Origin: Narcine bancroftii
Taxonomy: Eukaryota
Direction: 5' to 3'
DNA length: 64,000 nt
NCBI RefSeq assembly: GCF_036971445.1
Contig: NC_091476.1
Span: forward strand, 159,712,001 to 159,776,000
The notes beneath the pieces are model-generated. The model saw only the letters and a program-made list of their open reading frames with translations. It did no database searches and was not told the DNA's origin. Shown here one piece after another: positions 52,301-61,300 of the stretch. Position 1 is the first letter of the stretch; each line of letters starts with the position of its first letter. Both the position numbers and the translations under genes were made by a program.

Positions 52301-55300
52301 ATTTGTGGTTAAAGATTATTCCTGGATTTGTGGCTGAACAATGCACAATTTTCTTTCAGATCAGCTAAGTATCAACCTTGCTTACAGCTGGAAACCTCTG
52401 ATTACACAACAGATGTTGAATCGTTAAAAGACATCCCTCAAGATGATGGGGCAAGCAAAATCTCTGCTTCAGCACTGATTCCGGAAATGGAAGAATCCCT
52501 TTTAAACAATTTGCATAATAAAGAAAATATTTACCCTGACTGCTCCGGGAGTGAAATTCACATTGAAAAGAATGAAGAACGACAACAAGAAATGGTTAAA
52601 CATTTGAATATTTCCACTGACATGGAAAGCAGAACAAAAGATTACCTGAATCTCGAGCATCACACAGAATCTGACCATCATTCTTTCTCTTTGAAGCCAA
52701 TTGAGGAAACTGGGTCAAGTGAAAATCTTACAATTATGCCCAAGGATTCTCACACAGATAAAATAGTTCTTGAGAGTGTGGTTGGGCTCTCCAGTGATGT
52801 CTCGAGAGTTGCACAAGAAGAGAAGCAGCAGTTGGAGGCTGCTTCAATGAACAAGCAAAGAAAATCAAAATTGGAAAAATTACGGGTGCTGGGAGTGGAT
52901 CTAACATTCAAACCTCGCCTTTGTGCTAATGATGGTGCATTTGTTAACCTGGAGGAGCCAAAAGTAAACAAAGGTTATCTTTTTCATCCGTTGTATTTAG
53001 AAATTAAGTGACATTTTTCTTGAGGGTCATTTATGAGAAATTAACTTCTGGTCTGCTGAATTTATCACAATGCCACATCAGGTTGGAGCATCTAAAAAAA
53101 TGATAAGGTACAAAGTGCCACTTCAGATGAATTTCTGTAGGGCCAAATAGTGAAAGGTGACCGTTTATTTACCTTCAGAAAGAAGATATTTCATAAAAGT
53201 GCACCTCTGGTCACCCTTAAGCATTATTTAACTTCATTGTTGGAGGGTGGATCCAGTAGGCAAACTATATTAGAACATGTATCATGATTTTTATTTAAGA
53301 CAGAATCATTGAATTTTTAGAAAGTTTTTTGGCATTGTTTGATCCTGAAGTTCAGTCAAATTATTCAGCTTGCCAATTCTATGATTACAATAATTGTGAA
53401 TATCAAAGAATGATACTGTGCAAGCCTTTGAAAAAAAAATCCATACCAATTTAATGAGCCCCTTACTTTAGATACTCGTTCTTCATTTAGTTATCTAATT
53501 CCCAGTTATTTAATGTTTCCATGGTCCTTTTAGGTATTGCATTTGAGAGATAAATAAACTCCACCTCTTTTTGGAGTAAACTGAACTCTGGCTTGGTTGT
53601 ATTTTTGAGGAAGCTTTCAATTTCATTAAAGTTTGTATGTTTCCATGCATGTTATGGGTGTAATTGTACTTTTTAATGAATCAAGTAAATTTCAATTGAA
53701 CAGAATTGAATTCAATAGAGATTTCTTTCTATTCATCACACAATCTTTGACAAGCATTTTCATGAATTTGTTTTGTACTCAGAGCTTCAAGCATTAAAGG
53801 AGCGTTTCCTCAAGCATGGCATCAAATCTGTTAAGCAGAGTCAAGAGCACCATGTTGAACTTAACATTATTCGTAAAACTACCACTGCTGAGGGGAAGGA
53901 GGAGCTCAAAGCAGATTCTGTAACTGTGATCTTGGGCAAGAACGAAATGGAAGAATATGTGCCAACAAAACCAGGCAAGTAATAAATACAGATTGTTGAT
54001 CAAATTGATCTTTAGTTTTCAGCTTAAGGTTGAATGTAGATCCTGCACCATAATCAATCCCTTCTCTGGCCAAAGGTCTATGCATATATTCAGTACAGCT
54101 TTTAAAATGAATGGGGTTCAGTGACTGCTTTGGCACTATTTACAGTATGGGATTTGCCTTTAGTTCTGACATTCACGTGCAATCTGTTCCCACTAAACCA
54201 TATTTGCTTGTTTGTTATTGTAGATTTATTCTAAATTTATGTTGATCACACTTTTCAACCAATTTTCAAATCTATTTGTTTAGAAAATGGAAAGGAGTTG
54301 AAAACAATCAATCACCTTGTCAAATCTGTTTACTGTGTTATGAAGTAGTTTGAGAAATGGAAAGTGAATGAAGTAGAATAAATGAAGGTCGAAAGCAAAA
54401 CATATTGCCAATCTCATAAAGCTGATAACATTTCAAAGTTGGTTTCATTGTGCATGAAACAATATATTGTACTCCTCTTTCATTGCCAATATTTTGGCTT
54501 TGTTCTTTTTTCCCCAGGTAAATCTGTAAATGTAAATGCAATCAGAATATATATATATTTTTTAAACTTTATTTAAAATTTTATGACATGAATAAAATAA
54601 AAATTACGTTTAAAGAAATAATAAAAAATAAGATGATAAAAATTAGAATACTACATCATTAAACTACACAAATTAACCCCCCCCATAATTATAACACAAC
54701 ATTAATCATCTAATTTAAAATTAATCCAACCCTCCCCCCAAAATAAAGAGTGAAGAATTAATTAACAATGTTGTAAATAAAATAGAAAAAAACCCGCTTA
54801 CAAAAAAAGGATAAAACTTAACAAAAAAATTACTAACAACAAAAAAATATCAATACTAAAATAATACCCTTAAACATATATTTAAATCAAACATAATTCA
54901 TGTATTTAACAAATGAAATCCACTTTAAAACTAAATTCAAATATTAAAATCATATATCAACCACATATCTGTTATACAAAAAATCATAATTAATAATACG
55001 TAAATACAGAATTTCCATTAATACCGTTTCCTTTATAATTCATCGAGAGAACAAAAACATCCCTTAGAAAAACAATCAGATAAACTTTTTATTCCCTTCC
55101 CCTCCCCTTATATAAAAAAGAAAAAAAAGTTCAAACTCTTATAAAATTCTCCATATTCTTCATTTATAACATCTTCAAAATTCTCTATCGAAATTAACTT
55201 AATTTTATTAAACTCTTCTCCCTCAATGTATTTGTACTTAATTTTCTTCTTCTTCTTATCACCTTTCCCCTCATCTTCCTCTTCATCTAATTCAACATCC

Positions 55301-58300
55301 TCAATTTTTGACTTATTATCTTCTGTGACATCATCCTCTTAAAAAAGAAAGAGAAAAAACCACCCCCCCCAAAAAAAGAGAAAAAAAAGGAGAGAAAAAA
55401 ACCTCCTAATTCCAATCAGAAAACAAAAAGAGTTAAAAAATATATATATATTTATTTTAAAATAATAATTTAAAAAAAACCTTCACTTCTTAACCCAAAA
55501 ATTAAAAAGAAAAAAATCAGGTCGGAGGTCACAACTACCTCCTCCTGTTTAAACCACACAAAGCGGTAACTCCCCCAAAATATTGGGTGTGAGATAACTC
55601 ACAGGTAGCTGATGACTTCTGGAAACTAGTGCCCACCCAGTTCCCTCTCCCAACTCCCATTTCATTAAACTATCATCATTATTTAAACTCTTCTCAAAAA
55701 AAAGATAAAAGATTTATTTTTTAAAATCAACATTACCACTTCGGTCACCATTGCTTCCATTTCTTTTAAAAATCTGGATCCCACCTTACATCTCTACTCT
55801 CTTTGGAGACCTTGAAGGACTACATCGTTCCTGAAACTGCATGATTGGTAGAGACTGAGCAAAGTCCATAACCTCTTTAGGATTGTCAAAGAACTTTGGC
55901 TAATTTCCATCCTAAAAAATCTTCAGTACCGTAGAATGCCTGAATGTTGCCTTATGTCTTTTTTTCCACAACCGTTCTTTTACAGAATTAAATTTGCGTC
56001 GTTGAAACATAATTTCTTGACTCAAATCTTGATAGAAGAAAACAGGATTATTCTGAACCATCAAAGGAGATCTATTTTGCTGGGCATTTCTAGTAACTGT
56101 ACGTAAAATTGTCTCTCTGTCACAATAGTTTAAACAACGGATCAAAACAGATCTTGGATTCTGTCCTGAAAAAAATTTTCTTCTTAAAACTCTATAAGCA
56201 CGTTCCAGTATTAAACCTTCAGGGAATTTATCCTGTCCTAACACTCGTGGAATCCATTCAGTAAAAAATTTTCTTGGATCTGGTCCTTCTATGCCTTCTG
56301 GCAAACCAACAATTTTCACGTTGTTCCGTCTAGATTGATTCTCCAAATAATCAACCTTTTTTGCTAAATTTTTATTTTGGATCTGCAATGTTTCAATTAT
56401 TCTATTTTCATCTTGCAGTTGATCCTGTGCATCGACTAAACCTTGATCACACATTTCAAATCTTTCAATGGTTTCAAGCTTAAAAGCTCCATTAATGACT
56501 TCCGCCATCGCATTAATCTTGGAAATAAACAGGTTCACAAAATTAGCGAAGTGACTCGATACAGAATATATCTTATCTTCAAGATCCTTAACAGACATTT
56601 CAACAGAAGTAGATTCAGGCATAATGGGGTCTTGCTGTTCCTTGGAGACCACGGGATCTTCTGTCCCTTCCCTTAATTTAGTATCTTTTCTAGCAGTTTG
56701 ACTTCGTATAAAAATCCCTCTCAAAGTCGCAATGCCAGGAGACTGAAGATCAGGGTTATCTTTAAGCCAAATCTCTTTAATCATCTTCACTGAATCGATG
56801 TCTGGAAAAACCGTTGTAATTGAAGATGCATTTTGCAGCGCCACCACTGTAGCAGTCGAATGACAACTCTTTAACTCTCCAGCTGGTGGCGCCCCAGCTG
56901 ATTCAACTGTCAAAGCCTCAGCAACAGCACCCACAGTGGCCGTTGTGTGAAATACTGGCACCCGTCCAGCTCCTTGGTCCGAAAGCTGTTGAATGCGACC
57001 TTCAAAGAGCCTCACCGGCTTAAAACGGAGCTTCAATGCCGAATTCTGCACGTCCTCCTCTGGATCCATTCTACGCTGAGTCCTGGCTTCTTGTAAACAA
57101 TTTCGGAAAATGTAGTTTTTTACATCTGTTGATGTTTTCTTTTACCTCTTTTTTTGCATATAAACCATCAGGCACTAATCCAACACCACTTATTATTTAT
57201 AAACTTTTAAAAGAACTTTAATGGGCACTTAAAGACAAAACAATAAATCATAGTCAGGAGAGGTCTGGAAGGCACGTCTGTTCCCTACGCCATCTTGCCA
57301 CACCCCCCGAATCAGAATATTCTTAATGCAGCTCCTATATATCTCATTTCTTTGACTGAAGGCCATTGAATTAAAAGCTTTGACAAGTACTCTGTAAATT
57401 AGTTTTGCAGGAAATGGCAGAAGGGTTTTTCTGGTTATATATTTTGGAGCTTTAATTAATGCCTTGTTCTTTGTTGCGCGATGCAGGGGAGAAACTTCAA
57501 GTTTTGAAAGCCAAACTTCAGGAAGCCATGAAAGTACGGCGGTTAGAAGAACGCCAGAAACGACAAGAACTGTACAAACTTGATAATGAGCAGGGTTTTG
57601 AGGATGAAGAGGATGAAGAAGAAGAGCTGACAGAATCTGAAGCAGAGGAATCTGAGGTACATTCAATCTTAGATTTTTTAAAAACTTGACAACAGAAAAA
57701 AAGGCCAAGAAAACAATTATTATACAAGTATTCCCAATCTATGCTAAAAATTATTTTCTCCACTTCGACCATTCTGTTGATGTATACTGTGATGATGTGC
57801 AGAGGAAAGGGAGGGACAGGTGGCAGACAGGTTCACATTCATTCTATAACCTGCTCTATCCTTTGTATTGCTGGTTCAGATAAAAATATAAATCTTGATT
57901 ACTTGAACTCAGTTAATCAAAATACATTTATGAAGATGAAGGAAATTTATTTTAGTATGGAAACTAGAAATGCTCAAAAATATTTCTATATTTAAAATAT
58001 TTTCCCTGAATATTGGCATCAAAATCATGAAACATACTAACATTTGGCAGTTTAGTTCATGAGAAAGAAAGCTTTAGGCTGTGGTGTTCTTTGTGGTTTA
58101 AGTTGGTAAGCACACAAGTGGCCAATAATATTTGTTCCAATATAATATGATACTGGTTTATGGGAGGATAAAATAGACCATTGATTGCTTAATAAATGGT
58201 GGGATACTGAAAATAGTAGAAGAATGGAGAAACCTTGGTGCAGGTTGACAGATCCCTGAAGATGGCAAGACCAGTAGATAAGAAAATTATTGTAACATTG

Positions 58301-61300
58301 TAACTTAAGTAGGGAGGTCATGCTGGATCTGTGTAAAACTAGTTAAGAAAAATGTATATACACTATACCCCAATTTACAAATACTCACTTTACGCAGAAA
58401 CCTGTGTTCGCTATCCAATAGTAGTGAATGGGTCTTCACTTTACATCATTTCCGCTTATGAAAAGTTTCATAGGAACGCTCTACTTTCGTAAAGCGGGAT
58501 ATACCTGGGTCAACACTTCGGTGTGTTGCAGTACAAGAATTTTATGAAAACATTGCTCGGGCTCCAGTTCCAGTTATGTGGCGAAATTGGAATTGTTTTC
58601 TTTGGGACAAAGAATGGGCAGAGGCATTTAAGTGGGATCTATAAAATTGGGAGTCCGCACAAGAAGATCCCAGTTCCCTTAAGAGATCAAAAACTGGGGA
58701 GCATGCATTTAAGGTAATTTTAGAAGGATAAAAATTAACTAAATGTTTTTGTTCATTGACTAGGAATTGTTCACTCAATCTGAAATATTGGTGAGGATAA
58801 CACTGTACATTGAAGTATTCTGATTGAACATTTGGAGTTCTATAACCTGCTATTGTTTTGCATAAGGATAGGATGTTCTAAGAGCCTGATTTTATTATTT
58901 TTACTTTTGGTTCAGTTTTGGCATATTCAAACAAACACCCTTCTCGCGTATTTTGATATCCAAGTACTTGTGGCAGCGATCTTTGAATTTGTCAATTAAT
59001 TTTTTTTCTTGCATTAATAGCAGTGAATATGTATTTGTTTTAGACTGCAGAATTACTTGGTGATGGAGAGGACCCAGTGGTGGAAGCAGGTTATGACTCC
59101 CAGTCTACTGATGCAGCACAGAGTAGGTGAAACCCAATTAAAAGTCACTTCCCCATTTGACTCAATCTCCCTTTCTCTTTCCTCTTTTCTGTGTGATGTA
59201 CAACAAATCATTTGACATTTAAGAAGTTTTCTTGTATGTCGAAAAATTTTCATATTCTACATTAAATGTGGAATTTTCCTAATTTCTCTGTGGTTGAATA
59301 TACCATAGTAAGATTTTGTTTGGCCTGTTTATTTAGTTCAGTATTTTGATTTGGAAATGTTCACAAAATGACCTTTTCTCAAAGTCACTGAAGCCACATT
59401 TACTGAGGGAAATTTTTTAGTGCAATCTCTGTTATCAACGTTTCTAATTATCTGACAGACTTTACAAGTGGTCAAAGTTTGTGAACAGCTGGCTTAAACC
59501 AATTTCTCAAAAATAATTGTCAAGCCTAGTTTATTTTGTGAATTTACATGTCGAAATATACATTTCCTGTGATGACTTGGAACAAACTGAAGATTTGTAT
59601 TCTGGTAAGTGGATGTCCCTCAATGTTTGATGTGTACTTTTTTTAAAGGGCTGTTAAACTTGCTCAGCTTGATTGTGTGTTTAGGCAACAGTTCAGTTAT
59701 AGGCCTCTATTTTTGCATGGAACAACACATGGCACTAATTTTATTTAATGTATTATTTCAGATCAAGACCCAGTCACCCAGAAGGAATCTACACCAATAC
59801 CTATCAAGTCAGATTTTTTACAGTCCTTAAATTCTGGTACAGATTCGTCTTCTAAAACTAGGTAATTTTTAGATATTTGTACCATTTTGTGCAGTTTGTT
59901 TGTTTTCAATGGGCAGTTAATTGTAACTTGATTTCCTTCCTTTTTATTTTTCTTGCCTGTCTGTATTATTTTTTTTTAATTTTTTATTTTTCACACTATA
60001 AACCACATTGATCAAGATACATACATTTTCCTTTTCAAATATATACAGTGTCGTTTTATCCCCCCCTCCCTCTTCCCATCCCACCCTCCCTACCTCCCCT
60101 CCCATTCATTTAAAGTTCAGAATCTAAGATACATTAAACCCATCAAACAATGTTGTCACTCAATAAAAATAAACAAGAAATTCCACTGAGTCAATTCTTT
60201 TCATTTTCTTCTCCTTCTGTCATTTTAGGTGGTAGATGTCCCCAGTAGGTTTTCTCTATTGTGTTTCATGTATGGCTCCCATATTTGTTCAAATATTGTA
60301 ATATTATTTCTTAAATTATATGTTATTTTTTTCTAATGGAATACATTTATTCATTTCTATATACCATTGTTGTATTCTTAAGTTATCTTCTAATTTCCAG
60401 GCTGACATAATACATTTTTTTGCTACAGCTAGGGCTATCCTAACAAATCTTTTTTGTGCACCGCCTGTCTGTATTATTTAATGTTTTTCTAGTACCTAGG
60501 TATTTAAAATTGGAACTTCATTATTCAATCTAATCTCATCAGAAGTATTTTTCCAGTTGTGTGGAAAGGTTTTGGTTCATGATGAGATGTACAGGTATTA
60601 GATTTGTTGGTCAAATTTGCTGAAGAAAAATATTTTCTGGATGAAATAATTATGGTTGTGTGTGTGTATCCTTGATGACTGGACTCGCATGAGGTGCCAA
60701 TCTTTCCACACACTTTAAAATTGCCACAGACATTTGTGATATACAAAAAAAAAATCTACCCTTTCTATGCCTGTATTATTTGGTGATGAAGTAGTGCCAC
60801 ATTTGTGGCACAAAATTTTCAATTGATTCATTGTTGAAGATCTTGCTTTTTTTTTTTTGGAGAGCATTATTAAATGGTATGCATAACATATAATGTTGAC
60901 AATTGTATGTTTTCTTTTCCAGTGAGCAGACTCCTGGCAATAGATTAAGACTGCAACTTCAACAAACCCCACCCAAAGGGGACAGCAAACTTGGTAAAAG
61001 ATGTTGTTTTTTTTGTCTTGCATCTCATTATTTGCTAAAAAGAAATACAATGTTAAATTTAAGAGATTCAATATTCTCATATTTCTTATCTTCATATCTT
61101 CCTTTTGATTAATCAAAAAGCAAGGTATGAAATGCAAAGCAAGAAAGGCAGCCTTTTGATTCTTGGTGCCTGACCTGGTAAATTCAATTTGATTTCTTTA
61201 TTTCTGTTGAATCTTATGTAAGTAGTGATTACCCAGATTGCAGTTTCTGGGAGAACCTAATACAGCAGCATCTAATCCTTCCCTCTTTTCACTTTTATAC

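Larger units (their letters stand above)
54551..57309 (-). mobile_element. Full-length ORF1-only L1-type retroelement (HAL1-like)
   Basis: 11-bp TSD aatcagaatat (54540-54550, 57310-57320). L1-type 5' end ggggggtgtggcAAGATGGCG, ORF1, no ORF2, AATAAA plus A/T tail. Confidence 0.88.

Noticed and set aside
55604-55640. Hammerhead-like ctgatga-cttctg-gaaac motif in the HAL1-like element
   Set aside because: It is antisense to the element, the cleavage triplet would be GUG, and stem I pairs poorly.
57229-57772. Minus-strand ORFs of 159 and 84 aa
   Set aside because: Antisense shadows of CLSPN exon 10.
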